DNA from: Parcubacteria bacterium C7867-008
GTDB taxonomy: Bacteria > Patescibacteriota > Minisyncoccia > Phycocordibacterales > Phycocordibacteraceae
Assembly (NCBI GenBank): GCA_001189215.1
Contig: LFCR01000002.1
Location: 10,677-74,676, forward strand
Direction of reading: 5' to 3'
Length of the DNA: 64,000 bases
Shown one piece after another: positions 8,328 through 19,843 of this stretch. Under the pieces are notes generated by a model that was given only the letters and a program-made list of their open reading frames with translations, ran no database searches and was not told where the DNA came from. The translations under genes and the position numbers were made by a program. Position 1 is the stretch's first letter, and each line of letters begins with the position of its first letter.

Positions 8328-9173
8328 TTAGCTGCGCTTCTTTCCAACCTTACGGCGAGAAACAATAAATACGTTTGAGTATTTCTTCGGTGTACGAGTC
8401 TTCTGACCCTTACCGGTTGGCTTGCCCCACATGCTCTTAGCACGGCGGAGACCACGACCCTGCTTGCCTTCACCACCTCCGTGTGGGTGATCAACTGGGT
8501 TCATGGCGGTACCACGAACCGTAGGACGAATACCGAGCCAGCGGCTGCGACCTGCCTTACCAATATTTACAAGGCGACTGTTCTCGTTACCAACTGCGCC
8601 AATGGATGCGTAGCAGAGATCAGATACCTTACGAATCTCGCTTGAAGGAAGCTTGACCTGAGCGTATCCAGCATCATGTGCAACGATCTCAGCATAGTTA
8701 CCTGCAGAGCGTACGAGACGTGCTCCTGCACCAACTTTAAGTTCGATGTTGTAGATGAAGGTACCAGATGGGATCTTACCGATCGGCACGCGGTTACCAG
8801 CTTTGATAGGCGCATTCTCTCCAACAATGAATGTATCTCCAACCTTGGTGTCCTTGGGAGCAAGCACATAGCGACGCTCACCATCTGCGTAGAGAGCAAT
8901 AGAGATGAATGCGGTGCGATATGGATCGTACTCAATAGTCTCGATGCGAGCTGGAATATCCTTCTTATTGTATGAGAAATCAATCTCACGGTAGCGACGC
9001 TTGTGTCCACCACCCTGATGACGAGTGGTGATGCGTCCAGCATTGTTGCGACCAGCCTGGCGCTTCTTTGAAGAAAGAAGGCTCTTTGTTGGTTTGTCAC
9101 CAGAAAGAAGCTTCTTGTACGGAAGCGTCGTCATGCTGCGACGGCTTGGGGATGTTGGCTTGTAGGTCTTCAT
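8328..9173 (-). CDS. rplB: 50S ribosomal protein L2
   Basis: ...GRNNAGRITTRHQGGGHKRRYR...NPVDHPHGGGEGK... Confidence 0.95.
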   Translation of the reverse strand: MKTYKPTSPSRRSMTTLPYKKLLSGDKPTKSLLSSKKRQAGRNNAGRITTRHQGGGHKRRYREIDFSYNKKDIPARIETIEYDPYRTAFISIALYADGERRYVLAPKDTKVGDTFIVGENAPIKAGNRVPIGKIPSGTFIYNIELKVGAGARLVRSAGNYAEIVAHDAGYAQVKLPSSEIRKVSDLCYASIGAVGNENSRLVNIGKAGRSRWLGIRPTVRGTAMNPVDHPHGGGEGKQGRGLRRAKSMWGKPTGKGQKTRTPKKYSNVFIVSRRKVGKKRS

Positions 9174-9193
9174 AAATAAGTGCTTACTCGATA

Positions 9194-9556
9194 CTAGAAT
9201 TCAATGGAGTCACCCTTCGCAAGGTACACATACGCCTTGTGACGACGTGCACGGGTACCAGTGCCACGGCGAGTGCGGAGTGAGACAGACTTCGCAGGAA
9301 GATTCGTGACGTTCACCTTACGTGGTGTTACGTTGTAGACCTTCTCAATAGCAGCGGCAACCTCCAGTTTCGATGCATCAGCAGGAATCTGGAATACATA
9401 CACACCGTTGCCAGAAGAAAGAAGCGCCTTCTCTGAGAGCCATGGTGCAACAAGGACGTTCGCAAGACGGCCATCATCGTTCTTCGATACCGGCTGCTTT
9501 GAGCGGACCGATTCCTTCTTAGACTTCTTCTTGGTGTCAGATGAGAAAAGAGGCAT
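9194..9556 (-). CDS. rplW: 50S ribosomal protein L23 with Lys-rich N-terminal extension
   Basis: LLSSGNGVYVFQIPADASKLEVAAAIEKVYNVTPRKVNVTN... L23 core. Confidence 0.85.
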   Translation of the reverse strand: MPLFSSDTKKKSKKESVRSKQPVSKNDDGRLANVLVAPWLSEKALLSSGNGVYVFQIPADASKLEVAAAIEKVYNVTPRKVNVTNLPAKSVSLRTRRGTGTRARRHKAYVYLAKGDSIEF

Positions 9557-9566
9557 ACGAGTAGAG

Positions 9567-10328
9567 TTACTTTGCGAGACGTGTTGCGAGTACCTGAAGT
9601 GATTCTTCAGGACGCTCGATCACGAGGAACTTTTTATTCATGAGGTCGACCGGATTGAGGTTACGCACCTCTTCCGTCATGAGGCTGCCGATGTTGCGGA
9701 ATGAACGAGCAGCCACAGTGTCCTTCGAAGCGAAGGCAACGATTGCTGCATTCTTACGCTTAGTTACGAGTGTTGGCTGTCCTGCACCGTTCGCAATTGC
9801 TACAAGCATTGCCTTTGCATCCTTGGTCTTTGGTGTAGAGAACTCAAGCTTATCAACGAAGATGATTTCACCATCCTTCCACTTGCGTGAGAGTACGGTT
9901 GCGAGTGCTGCCACACGCATCTTCTTGTTGATCTTCACTGAGTAATCTTTCTCAGCACGTGGGCCATGAGTCACACCTCCACCCTTCCAGATTGGAGAAC
10001 GGTTAGATCCGTGACGTGCACGTCCAGTTCCCTTTTGCTTCCATGGCTTCTTACCACCACCAGATACTTCACCGCGGAATTTAGTGTGTGCAACGGTAGG
10101 ACGAGCATTAGCCTGCATACCGATAACAACCTGGTGTACGAGGTCTGCATTCCACTTCTTGCCGAAGAGCTCTTCAGGAAGTGTGATGGTACTTCCCTTT
10201 GCACCTCCTGCAGTCCAGATAGTAGCTTCCATGCTCACGGTCTTCTTAGACGCAGCAGCGACTGGAGCGGTCTTTGCGACTGCCTTCTTTGCTGGTGCTT
10301 TCTTGGTTGTTGCTTTGGTAGTAGCCAT
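9567..10328 (-). CDS. rplD: 50S ribosomal protein L4 with Lys/Ala-rich N-terminal extension
   Basis: ...KPWKQKGTGRARHGSNRSPIWKGGGVTHGP... L4 signature. Confidence 0.9.
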   Translation of the reverse strand: MATTKATTKKAPAKKAVAKTAPVAAASKKTVSMEATIWTAGGAKGSTITLPEELFGKKWNADLVHQVVIGMQANARPTVAHTKFRGEVSGGGKKPWKQKGTGRARHGSNRSPIWKGGGVTHGPRAEKDYSVKINKKMRVAALATVLSRKWKDGEIIFVDKLEFSTPKTKDAKAMLVAIANGAGQPTLVTKRKNAAIVAFASKDTVAARSFRNIGSLMTEEVRNLNPVDLMNKKFLVIERPEESLQVLATRLAK

Positions 10329-10339
10329 ACGTATGAAAA

Positions 10340-10957
10340 TTATGCAGAGATGATCTCTACGAGGGAGCCACGTGCTCCGGGGATAGCGCCAGAGATGATG
10401 ATCTCACCCTTAGCAGCATCCACGTGAAGCACCTTAAGGCTTGGCACCGTGACGCGATCACCACCCATGCGTCCACCCATGCGCATACCCTTAGCTACAC
10501 GACCGCCAGCGCGACCACCGCCACCGATAGAACCTACTTCACGCTCAGAGTGCTTCTGACCGTGTGAACGACGACCTCCCTTGAAGCCGTAGCGCTGCAC
10601 ACCGCCTGCAAATCCCTTACCCTTGCTGGTTCCAGCGATGGTAACTCCATCCCCTACAGCGAATGAATCGAGAGTAATCTCACTACCAACCGTGAAGTCT
10701 GCAGGATTCTCAACACGGAACTCTTTGATAACCTTGAACGCCTTTCCCTTGGTGTGGCCAAGTACTGCTTTAGAAACGCGGCTTTCCTTCTGATCGTCGA
10801 ACGCAACCTGGATGGCATTGTATCCATCAGCACCATCCGCAGTCTTAACCTGCGTAACGGTAAGTGGGGTCGTCTTGAGGACGGTACCAGCCTTAACATC
10901 CCCATTCTCCTGGAAGATTTGGGTCATGCGCTCTTTGCGTGCGAGAAGGAATTTCAT
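10340..10957 (-). CDS. rplC: 50S ribosomal protein L3
   Basis: ...FKGGRRSHGQKHSEREVGSIGGGGRAGGRVAKGMRMGGRMGGDRVTV... Confidence 0.95.
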   Translation of the reverse strand: MKFLLARKERMTQIFQENGDVKAGTVLKTTPLTVTQVKTADGADGYNAIQVAFDDQKESRVSKAVLGHTKGKAFKVIKEFRVENPADFTVGSEITLDSFAVGDGVTIAGTSKGKGFAGGVQRYGFKGGRRSHGQKHSEREVGSIGGGGRAGGRVAKGMRMGGRMGGDRVTVPSLKVLHVDAAKGEIIISGAIPGARGSLVEIISA

Positions 10958-11140
10958 GTAAAAAGTGAAAACGCGCCCTATTGAAAGTGTCTGTGGGAAT
11001 TCGGGGCGATCCGTTCACCTGGATCTTCCCTGTGCCTGACGGGGCCAGCAACGATCCCTTCAATGGCGCCCTGCCAGATGGAGGCGAGATCAAGCCCGTT
11101 CTCTGCTAGACGATGAGTCTGGCACCTGACACGCAAATAC

Positions 11141-11180
11141 GGTCCCGGTAGCGCAAGCTGCCGGGACTTTGCTTTATATA
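11141..11180 (+). terminator. 12-bp hairpin capped by a GCAA (GNRA) tetraloop followed by UUUGCUUUAUAU on the plus strand; terminator-like element in the rpsJ-rplC spacer
   Basis: GGTCCCGGTAGC-GCAA-GCTGCCGGGACT then TTTGCTTTATATAAA; no plus-strand CDS upstream. Confidence 0.4.
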
Positions 11181-11373
11181 AACAGATAGACCACCCCCAA
11201 GGGAGTAGTCCATACGGCAGCTTATTAATTGACTCGAGTCCCCCAAGGAGAACAGGTCAAAATGATGAGATTTAATCTCCGAAGCTACTCCAGCACTATA
11301 CATAGGAGGCACTAAAGAATGCATGAAGAGAGGTCGGTCCCGCAGGTCCGACCTCTTCTCACAGTAAGAAACA

Positions 11374-11751
11374 TCAGCCTCTGGGAATTTCAAGCGCAGC
11401 CGTCTTGATGAACGCGTCGCTGACCGCAAATAGACCACCACCTAGATCATAGATAAAGAATTCCCCTTCTCCTGAGCTGAATCCTTCTCTGAGAAACAGG
11501 AGCCCATCGAACATGGTTTCCGGAACCCAGTCCTGGAACAGGTAATATCCAATGAGCTGATCTTTGGTGAAAGAAACCCAGTAGTTGAGGTACTGGAAGA
11601 ACTTCACCAAACGCCCCGCTGAGAGTCGCGCGGTTTCACTACCCACCTGACCACATAAGGAACCGTCTGGACGTGTCCTGATGACAGCGGGACGGATTGG
11701 GAACGTTGCCTTTGCAGGCTCTTCACATACGATGCATATTGGGCTATTCAT
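11374..11751 (-). CDS. hypothetical 125-aa protein (C-terminal FIYDLGGGLFAVSD motif)
   Basis: ORF in the rpsJ-rplC spacer, same strand as the operon; motif loosely resembles SMI1/KNR4 (SUKH) GGG motif. Confidence 0.3.
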   Translation of the reverse strand: MNSPICIVCEEPAKATFPIRPAVIRTRPDGSLCGQVGSETARLSAGRLVKFFQYLNYWVSFTKDQLIGYYLFQDWVPETMFDGLLFLREGFSSGEGEFFIYDLGGGLFAVSDAFIKTAALEIPRG

Positions 11752-11848
11752 TCAAGTACCTTTCCAAAACAATCTATTTGGAACGTATCACGGGGCGAGA
11801 AAAAGAAAAGTGCGCCCATTGCTGGGTGCACTCATTCATGCGGACACA

Positions 11849-12118
11849 CTACAAGTACCCGCTCGCTTGCTGTGTGCTCATCTTCAGACGTCGTGCTAGC
11901 CCATAGTGCTGCCACTCAAGCCTGCGTAGCCATCCCGTTACTTGATCTTCGCCATTCATGCGGTCTTCGAATCCACCAAGACACGTCGGTCGATAGTCGC
12001 GCACAGCAGCAAGCTGAGCTCTTACTTCTACAATACTGCGATTAACTCTACGAAGGCTTGAGATGAGCTTGCGCCGCTTAAGTGCTCTGCGGAATCGTAA
12101 CCATCGTCTTATAGACAT
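11849..12118 (-). CDS. hypothetical small basic protein (89 aa, MSIRRWLRFRRALKRRK...)
   Basis: AGGAAA Shine-Dalgarno 8 nt before ATG 12118; lies directly after the rpsJ terminator. Confidence 0.4.
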   Translation of the reverse strand: MSIRRWLRFRRALKRRKLISSLRRVNRSIVEVRAQLAAVRDYRPTCLGGFEDRMNGEDQVTGWLRRLEWQHYGLARRLKMSTQQASGYL

Positions 12119-12164
12119 GTTGGGTTTCCTTTCTGGAAGAACCATATCAGGTATGACAAAAAGA

Positions 12165-12193
12165 AAAAGCTCGGCGGTATGCCGAGCTTTTTC
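12165..12193. terminator. bidirectional intrinsic terminator directly after rpsJ (aaaaagctcggc/gccgagcttttt, loop ggtat)
   Basis: perfect 12-bp A/T-flanked palindrome 20 nt past the rpsJ stop. Confidence 0.65.
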
Positions 12194-12211
12194 TTTAGTC
12201 TGTTCTTTCGA

Positions 12212-12565
12212 TTAGACCATCTTCACGTCGATGGTAACACCAGACGGAAGGTTGAGGTTCGTAAGCGCTTCGATGACCTTCGCGTTTGGCGAGAGGATAT
12301 CGATGAGACGCTTATGAATGCGCATCTCGAACTGCTCGCGTGCATCTTTGTGGACGAACGTAGAGCGGTTAACGGTCCAGCGCTTGATCTCAGTTGGAAG
12401 CGGTACCGGGCCCACAATCTTCGCATCGAAGCGATTTGCGGTATCCATGATCTGCTTCACCGAGAGGTCGAGGATCTTATGCTCGTACGCACGCACGCGG
12501 ATGCGAAGCTTTGGCTCAGCACCAGGTGCTGCCTCGGTCTTCTTTGCTTTGGTAGCGGTAGCCAT
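12212..12565 (-). CDS. rpsJ: 30S ribosomal protein S10 with N-terminal Ala/Lys-rich extension
   Basis: ...LRIRVRAYEHKILDLSVKQIMDTA...PNAKVIEALTNLNLPSGVTIDVKMV. Confidence 0.9.
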   Translation of the reverse strand: MATATKAKKTEAAPGAEPKLRIRVRAYEHKILDLSVKQIMDTANRFDAKIVGPVPLPTEIKRWTVNRSTFVHKDAREQFEMRIHKRLIDILSPNAKVIEALTNLNLPSGVTIDVKMV

Positions 12566-12588
12566 ACGAGTAAGGATCTAGAGGGCTA

Positions 12589-13791
<1,203 letters not shown>

Positions 13792-14016
13792 AGAATTTGT
13801 AAGTTACTGGTAGGTAAAAATAATTTGCCGCCGCGCCTGCCTGCGCCTTACAAAAGGCAGACAGGCGACCAAGGCTCCGGCGATACCCGCGCAGCGCCTT
13901 CCAGCCACCCCTGCCCCGTTATGGAGAGGAATATCGAAAAGAGCGCCGATCTCGCGTTATGTATAAAGTACCGGAGGCAGAATTAAAGGTCAAGCAATGA
14001 GCTCCTTGCCCGGTTC

Positions 14017-16326
14017 TTAAGTATGGTTGAATAGGCTCAAAAGCCACGTAAACGGAAAGAGGAGATAGTGAATCAGCTGACTGAAGAATTCTCCCGCGCC
14101 TGAAGCAAATACCGCCGCAAGACGCGTCTCCTTAGGCTGGGGTGCGAATGCTGAAGGTCGCGTTCCGCCACCCACACCTGCACCAGTCCCAGTTAGAACG
14201 GATCCCGACTTGGCTGAGAAATCGTATGAATTGCCGGATGGATCGAAGCTGGCATAGGCCGCAACGTTATCCGGTACCACAATGTCGTTTACTTCCGGGG
14301 TTGAACCTTCATTGATAAATCCTCGTGCGGAATTGTTGGACATCACTACGTTAGAAGGGATTGGGTCAGATGCCGTCCTTCGCTTGACCGCTATCCATGT
14401 CGCTCTTCCATTGTCGGTATAGTTTACCGCCGTATTGTGGTCTATAACGCTATCTTTTACGTTGTACCAAGAGAGACCGTGCCACACCGACGTTATGACC
14501 ACATTATTACTTATCGTAAAGTTTATCAGTGGGCCATCAAATGATGCGATTCCCTGCATGCCACCTATAAGCGGCCGATTTGGATCAGTAGTCTCCTGCA
14601 CCCAGTTGTGGTCGATTACCACGTTACTAAATACGGCTCCATTCGTGAATACTTGGATACCATCGTCATGATTAGGATCACCCTGTGACTGATCCACATA
14701 CTCATCAAGGATGGTGTTATTGGAGACAATCATATCAGAACCATTCGGCACGATTCCATCTGCTGAGAAATTCTGAATGACGTTGTCCTTGATTATTCCT
14801 TTTACACTGTTCGCAGGTGCTGTGCCTCCACTGACGCCCGTATTCATGCCGATGCCGCCACGAACATTCTTTATGTGGTTGCGAAGTATAGATAGACACG
14901 GCCCTCCCTTAAGAGTCACGCCGCTTCTTGTACCATTCATCCATTTGTCTACACTCCAACCGGAACTGTTTTTCGCTGTATAGAAATTACCATCTGCGAT
15001 TATGATGTTTGAAACATTGCCACCATAAACCATCACGCCACTTGGAGTAGCTATTGAAGTCATCTCAGGCTTCGTTACAATCCATTTCTTTGCATCATAA
15101 AACTCTAAGCCATCCATGATCGCACCGCTCTCGAACTCTATCCAGAACCATGCGGTCGGATTGTTATATGGTGCTACATTCGCGCTAATCTTCGCTTTTG
15201 GATGATTGCCTGACATAAGCACAATATGATCTCCGGGTTTAACTACTCGTGCTGCCATCATTGCATTCAGCGTTTTGAAAGGACGCACTCTTGTTCCATC
15301 CCCGGTATCTAGTCCAACCACTGGATCAACATAAAGGGTACGTAGATAATTCCTGTCTGGCGCTTCGCATCCTGAATACACTTGGTATGAACCTGAGAGT
15401 GTGGATGGGGCAGGAGGAGGGGTTGGAGTTGGTACCGGCGTTGGGGTAGGGGTAGGGGTTGGCGTGGGAGTTGGTGTCGGTACAGGTGTAGGAGTGGGTG
15501 TAGGAGTTGGGGTCGGAGTAGGGCTTGGAGCAGGGGTAGGCGCCGGAGTGGGAGTTGATGTAGGAGTGGGAGTACCAACACGGGTAGTAATTTCTACTGT
15601 CTTACTAGTACTCCCTCCTGTGCCCTTACACGTAATACCGTAGACTGTATTTTTGCTTATAGATATATCTGCAGAACCATTTGTTTTGTATCCAGCATCA
15701 AAGCCTGCCCCCACACATGACGTTGCTCTATCAGTCTTCCAAGAAAGAGTTACGGTTGATCCAACCAGCACATTTGTTTGATTTGCAGTAAAGGTAACTG
15801 TGGGTCCAGAAGAAGTGGTGGGTGTTTGAGAAGTAGCTACCGGTGTGACAGTTGGAGTTTCAGTTGGCTTTGTACTTCCAGAACCCTTGGGTGCGCTTGG
15901 AGTTGCTATAGCGACTGGTTCCTCTTTCACTACTGGGCTAATGCCAGATACTGGAATGAGCGAAGGCACATCCCGCAGCAGTTCATATTCTTTTAGCGTA
16001 TCTGTAACAGCTACTGGTTCACCTTTTATTGCTGGTACCGCAATACGCGTTACAAGACCATACGCACCTGGAGCAGATATGAGTAATACGAGTATAAGAA
16101 ATATTTGAAAGAATGATCCCTTCGAATTAGTTTTGCTGGGCACAAAAGATTGATGTATACCCGATGGCACTGCGAATGAAGATTTCTGCAACGCAATAAT
16201 TGCAAGCGCACCATGTATATCTTCCGCGGAATACCCTTTTGCAGTGAAGTCCTTCAGCATCTTCTCTTCACTTTCTCCAAGTTGGTGTCTATTGGATAGA
16301 AGTGCCAGAAGTTCTTTGTCTGCCAT
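14017..16326 (-). CDS. membrane-anchored surface protein: cytoplasmic N-terminus, one TM helix, Pro/Thr-rich linker, right-handed parallel beta-helix (pectate-lyase-like) domain
   Basis: [23 protein letters not shown]; (TP)n linker; repeated beta-helix rungs [61 protein letters not shown]; ORF track start 16344 is GTG, first ATG at 16326. Confidence 0.65.
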   Translation of the reverse strand: MADKELLALLSNRHQLGESEEKMLKDFTAKGYSAEDIHGALAIIALQKSSFAVPSGIHQSFVPSKTNSKGSFFQIFLILVLLISAPGAYGLVTRIAVPAIKGEPVAVTDTLKEYELLRDVPSLIPVSGISPVVKEEPVAIATPSAPKGSGSTKPTETPTVTPVATSQTPTTSSGPTVTFTANQTNVLVGSTVTLSWKTDRATSCVGAGFDAGYKTNGSADISISKNTVYGITCKGTGGSTSKTVEITTRVGTPTPTSTPTPAPTPAPSPTPTPTPTPTPTPVPTPTPTPTPTPTPTPVPTPTPPPAPSTLSGSYQVYSGCEAPDRNYLRTLYVDPVVGLDTGDGTRVRPFKTLNAMMAARVVKPGDHIVLMSGNHPKAKISANVAPYNNPTAWFWIEFESGAIMDGLEFYDAKKWIVTKPEMTSIATPSGVMVYGGNVSNIIIADGNFYTAKNSSGWSVDKWMNGTRSGVTLKGGPCLSILRNHIKNVRGGIGMNTGVSGGTAPANSVKGIIKDNVIQNFSADGIVPNGSDMIVSNNTILDEYVDQSQGDPNHDDGIQVFTNGAVFSNVVIDHNWVQETTDPNRPLIGGMQGIASFDGPLINFTISNNVVITSVWHGLSWYNVKDSVIDHNTAVNYTDNGRATWIAVKRRTASDPIPSNVVMSNNSARGFINEGSTPEVNDIVVPDNVAAYASFDPSGNSYDFSAKSGSVLTGTGAGVGGGTRPSAFAPQPKETRLAAVFASGAGEFFSQLIHYLLFPFTWLLSLFNHT
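15400..15560. repeat. tandem low-complexity repeat encoding the (Thr-Pro)n linker of the surface protein
   Basis: repeated GTTGG/GTAGG hexamer-like units; reverse strand gives a spurious [12 protein letters not shown]. Confidence 0.7.
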
Positions 16327-16701
16327 ATATTGAAATAGTAGCACTAGGTAGCAAGAAAGAAGGGCGGCCCTTTGGGGGCCGCCGCGAGCACTATCTATTG
16401 CTCGTCGTGTGTATCAGGAACCGCGCCTGCCCATTCCGCGCTGTTGCGCGAGATGATCAGGACCATAGCTGCTGCTCCGTGCGTGACCAACATTGTGGCC
16501 CCAGATCGTTGCGCCGCCTTGCACTTCACCCTGCTGCTGCTGCTGCGGGCCGAGTGTTTCGAAATGCTGCGGCTGTTGCGGTGACCTCACCGCACGAGCG
16601 TCAGGTTGGATGTCCGCCATGGCAGTTCTCCCTATGACCTGCACTAACCATAGCACTGTACTTCTCTATTCTTTGCTGAAAAATTCGAAAGGGGGATATC
16701 T

Positions 16702-17169
16702 CTAGCAGTGAATATTACTAAGCGCTGTGTTAGTGGTTGTTGCACTTCCGTCAAAATCAACACAGAAGTATCCTCCACGCTGGAGCGGAATCGATGCAGC
16801 CCACACGCCAGGGCTTGGAATCTTTTGATAAACCGTTATTACCCCTGGTGCATCAACCTTTTTGTATAGTGACCCGCTTGGATAACAGGATGCTGAGACT
16901 GAATTTACTGCGTTCAATCCAACAGCCCGGTCGAACATGGCACCAGGTGTCGAGGTGGAGTCACACACAGAGTAGTAATCACCGTTTGTTTCGAAATAGA
17001 TCTGTGCAGCTGTTCGCATTTCAGATAGTTGCTGCTTTATTGCTCCATCAGCAGCCCTTTCACGCGCCTTACCAAGCGCAGACATGACGATAGAAGCCAA
17101 TGTCCCAAGTATGGCGATCACCACAAGGAGCTCAATGAGAGTGAATCCGAGCGAGGCACGTCTGCTCAT
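16702..17169 (-). CDS. type IV pilin (major pilin-like, class III prepilin signal)
   Basis: MSRRASLG/FTLIELLVVIAILG prepilin cleavage/methylation motif with Glu at +5; 155 aa, C-terminal Cys pair. Confidence 0.85.
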   Translation of the reverse strand: MSRRASLGFTLIELLVVIAILGTLASIVMSALGKARERAADGAIKQQLSEMRTAAQIYFETNGDYYSVCDSTSTPGAMFDRAVGLNAVNSVSASCYPSGSLYKKVDAPGVITVYQKIPSPGVWAASIPLQRGGYFCVDFDGSATTTNTALSNIHC

Positions 17170-17201
17170 ATACGAGAAATTGTACCACTGCGTATAAATC
17201 T

Positions 17202-17248
17202 AAAGAGAAAGGCCACTGTAGTAGTGGCCTTTCTCTTTAGATTTATTT
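17202..17248. terminator. strong bidirectional intrinsic terminator between fusA and the pilin gene (16-bp perfect stem aaagagaaaggccact/agtggcctttctcttt)
   Basis: perfect inverted repeat with 5-nt loop, T-runs on both sides. Confidence 0.75.
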
Positions 17249-17254
17249 TATCTC

Positions 17255-19402
17255 TTACTTACGAGCTGCAATGATTTCCTGAGCAACGTTGCTTGGAACG
17301 ATCTCATAGTGATCGAATTCCATAGTCATAGATCCACGACCTTCTGTCATAGAGCGAAGAGTTGTGGTGTATCCGAACATTTCAGAGAGCGGTACCTTAG
17401 CGTTAACCACCTTATTCATGCCACGATCTTCCATACCTTCGATAGCACCACGCTTTCCTGAAAGGTTCCCGGTGATATCACCCATGAACTGTTCAGGGAC
17501 CACCACCTCAACACGCATGATCGGTTCGAGGATAACGGGCTTAGCTTTAAGTGCTGCCTCCTGGAATGCCTGAGATGCTGCGATCTTGAAAGCGATTTCA
17601 GAAGAGTCCACATCGTGATACGAACCGTCGTAGAGATCTACCGATACGTCTACGATTGGGTACCCAGCGAGAATACCGCGATGGAGTGATTCACGAATAC
17701 CCTTCTCAACAGCAGGGATGTATTCCTGAGGAATAACACCTCCCTTAATGTTGTTGATGAATTCGAAGTGGTCCTCGCGCTTAACGTTCTTGAGTTCTTT
17801 AGCATCTGGATCAAGTGGTTCAAGGTGCTTGAGCTTGATCTTAACGTGTCCGTATTGACCCTTACCTCCTGTCTGCTTGATGTACTTGTTGTCTACATCG
17901 GCAGTACCCGTGATAGTTTCGCGGTATGCCACCTGCGGCTTACCAACGTTTGCGCCAACATTGAATTCACGTTGCATACGGTCCACAAGAATCTCGAGGT
18001 GCAGCTCACCCATACCTGCGATGATAGTCTCTGATGTTTCTTCATCAGATGTGATCTTGAAGGTTGGGTCTTCATCCGAAAGCTTCTTGAGTGCCATACC
18101 CATCTTTTCCTGGTCTGCCTTAGTCTTCGGCTCAATGCGAAGAGACACCACTGGTTCTGGGAATACAATCTGCTCAAGGATGATTGGATTCGCTTCATCA
18201 CAAAGGGTGTGTGAAGTCTTTGTATCCTTAAGACCTACGAATGCTGCAATCTCTCCGGTGAATACCTTTTCAACTTCCTCACGCTTATCTGCCTGAAGAC
18301 GAACGATACGTCCAATACGTTCCTTGCTACCCGTGTTTGCGTTGTAGATATAGGAACCAGCTGCAACGGTACCTGCGTACACACGGAAGAATGTAAGTGC
18401 TCCCACGAATGGGTCTGTCTGAAGCTTGAAAGCGAGCGCTGTGAATGGCTCTTCATCAGAAGGCTTACGCTGAATCTCTTCATCCGTCTTAGGATTAATA
18501 CCCTTTACTGGAGGAAGATCGAGTGGAGATGGAAGATAATCAACAACCGCATCGAGCACAAGCTGCACACCCTTGTTCTTAAGCGCAGAACCGGTGTATA
18601 CGGGGAAGATCTCGTTTGCAATCACTGCCTTACGGAGTGTTGCCTGCAGTTCAGCGTATGATGGTTCGTTGCCTTCGAGGTATGCCTGCATCTGTGCTTC
18701 GTCATTCTCAACAATGCGCTCTACAAACTCAGCATGATACTTCTCAGCTTCAGCTTTGTACTGCTCAGGAATTTCTCCTTCAATAACATCCTCACCCATG
18801 TTGCCTGTGAAGGTATATGCCTTCATGCCAAGCAGATCGATAACACCTTCGAAGTCTCCTTCTGCACCCATAGGGAGCTGTGCACGAACTGCCTTCTTTG
18901 AAAGACGATCAAGAATAGACTTGTATGAATCCTCGAATGATGCGCCAGTACGGTCGAGCTTGTTGATGAAACAAACACGAGGCACACCTGCTTCGTCTGC
19001 ATAGCGCCAGTTAGTTTCAGACTGTGGCTCTACACCAGCTACACCGTCGAATACGACGATCGCGCCGTCGAGCACACGCATGGAGCGCTTCACTTCTGCA
19101 GTAAAGTCGATGTGTCCTGGCGTGTCGATCACGTTGAAGCGGTACTTCTTAGCGATATCCTTCTTGTCCTTCTCATTGGTACGTGTCCAGAAACACGTAA
19201 TAGCAGCAGAGGTGATCGTGATACCACGTTCACGTTCCTGCTCCATCCAGTCGGTGGTGGTTCCACCATCGTGCACTTCACCAATCTTGTGCTGGGAACC
19301 AGTGTAGAAAAGCACACGCTCAGACGTAGTGGTTTTACCCGCGTCCACGTGGGCGACGATACCGAAGTTGCGCACTTTGTCGAGAGGATAATCGCGATTC
19401 AT
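17255..19402 (-). CDS. fusA: elongation factor G
   Basis: [26 protein letters not shown]...; 715 aa. Confidence 0.97.
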   Translation of the reverse strand: MNRDYPLDKVRNFGIVAHVDAGKTTTSERVLFYTGSQHKIGEVHDGGTTTDWMEQERERGITITSAAITCFWTRTNEKDKKDIAKKYRFNVIDTPGHIDFTAEVKRSMRVLDGAIVVFDGVAGVEPQSETNWRYADEAGVPRVCFINKLDRTGASFEDSYKSILDRLSKKAVRAQLPMGAEGDFEGVIDLLGMKAYTFTGNMGEDVIEGEIPEQYKAEAEKYHAEFVERIVENDEAQMQAYLEGNEPSYAELQATLRKAVIANEIFPVYTGSALKNKGVQLVLDAVVDYLPSPLDLPPVKGINPKTDEEIQRKPSDEEPFTALAFKLQTDPFVGALTFFRVYAGTVAAGSYIYNANTGSKERIGRIVRLQADKREEVEKVFTGEIAAFVGLKDTKTSHTLCDEANPIILEQIVFPEPVVSLRIEPKTKADQEKMGMALKKLSDEDPTFKITSDEETSETIIAGMGELHLEILVDRMQREFNVGANVGKPQVAYRETITGTADVDNKYIKQTGGKGQYGHVKIKLKHLEPLDPDAKELKNVKREDHFEFINNIKGGVIPQEYIPAVEKGIRESLHRGILAGYPIVDVSVDLYDGSYHDVDSSEIAFKIAASQAFQEAALKAKPVILEPIMRVEVVVPEQFMGDITGNLSGKRGAIEGMEDRGMNKVVNAKVPLSEMFGYTTTLRSMTEGRGSMTMEFDHYEIVPSNVAQEIIAARK

Positions 19403-19424
19403 ATAATAAGTAGATAAATAAATG

Positions 19425-19440
19425 GAAAAGCCCGCCAGGG
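19425..19440 (-). promoter_or_regulatory. short GC hairpin plus U-tract (gcccuggcgggcuuuu) 25 nt upstream of the fusA ATG
   Basis: plus strand AAAAGCCCGCCAGGGC. Confidence 0.3.
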
Positions 19441-19465
19441 CGTTAGCTATAAGATACGTTTTTAG

Positions 19466-19514
19466 AGGTAAAAAGGCAAGAATCAGGGGCGCCGAGCAAG
19501 TTACTCGACGCCCC
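19466..19514 (-). terminator. GC-rich hairpin (ggggcgccgag/ctcgacgcccc, 10 of 11 bp paired) followed by a U-rich tract on the minus strand
   Basis: seen in sequence; follows the small GC-rich minus-strand ORF 19542-19727. Confidence 0.45.
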
Positions 19515-19541
19515 GTTGATTGATTAGCGATCAGGCCCTGT

Positions 19542-19727
19542 CTAAGGATTTGCCATCATTCTCAGACGGCGACTGATCTGACTTGCGGCGCTTGCTCGTG
19601 CAGCAAGGTCGCGGTCCCTCGCAAAGGCGCGATTCTCGGGACGAACTGACCTTCCAGCCTTTGCTCGAACTGCGCTTACCTCTTCAGGAGTTGGTCGTGT
19701 TCCACCTCTTTTTTGAGTTTCGCCCAT
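19542..19727 (-). CDS. doubtful small Arg-rich ORF (61 aa) in GC-rich patch
   Basis: only an ORF plus a downstream terminator; low-complexity translation. Confidence 0.2.
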   Translation of the reverse strand: MGETQKRGGTRPTPEEVSAVRAKAGRSVRPENRAFARDRDLAARASAASQISRRLRMMANP

Positions 19728-19843
19728 GTACTACCCCACCAGTTAGTGTTGCCTGTAGTGAAAATACGATTTTAGTACTGTTTAGTCAAATTAGGTTACG
19801 CACAGGTTGCATCCATACAGCACGGTGCTACTCTCACTGAGGT

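Noticed and set aside
8567-9100. 177-aa minus-strand ORF
   Set aside because: Alternative frame inside rplB.
11207-11445. two copies of ATAGACCACC about 230 bp apart, considered as a CRISPR-like array
   Set aside because: Only two short copies with no regular spacers. Treated as a local duplication within the rpsJ-rplC spacer.
15401-15643. ORF encoding GVGVGTGVG repeats
   Set aside because: Reverse-strand reading of the (Thr-Pro)n linker repeat of the surface protein.
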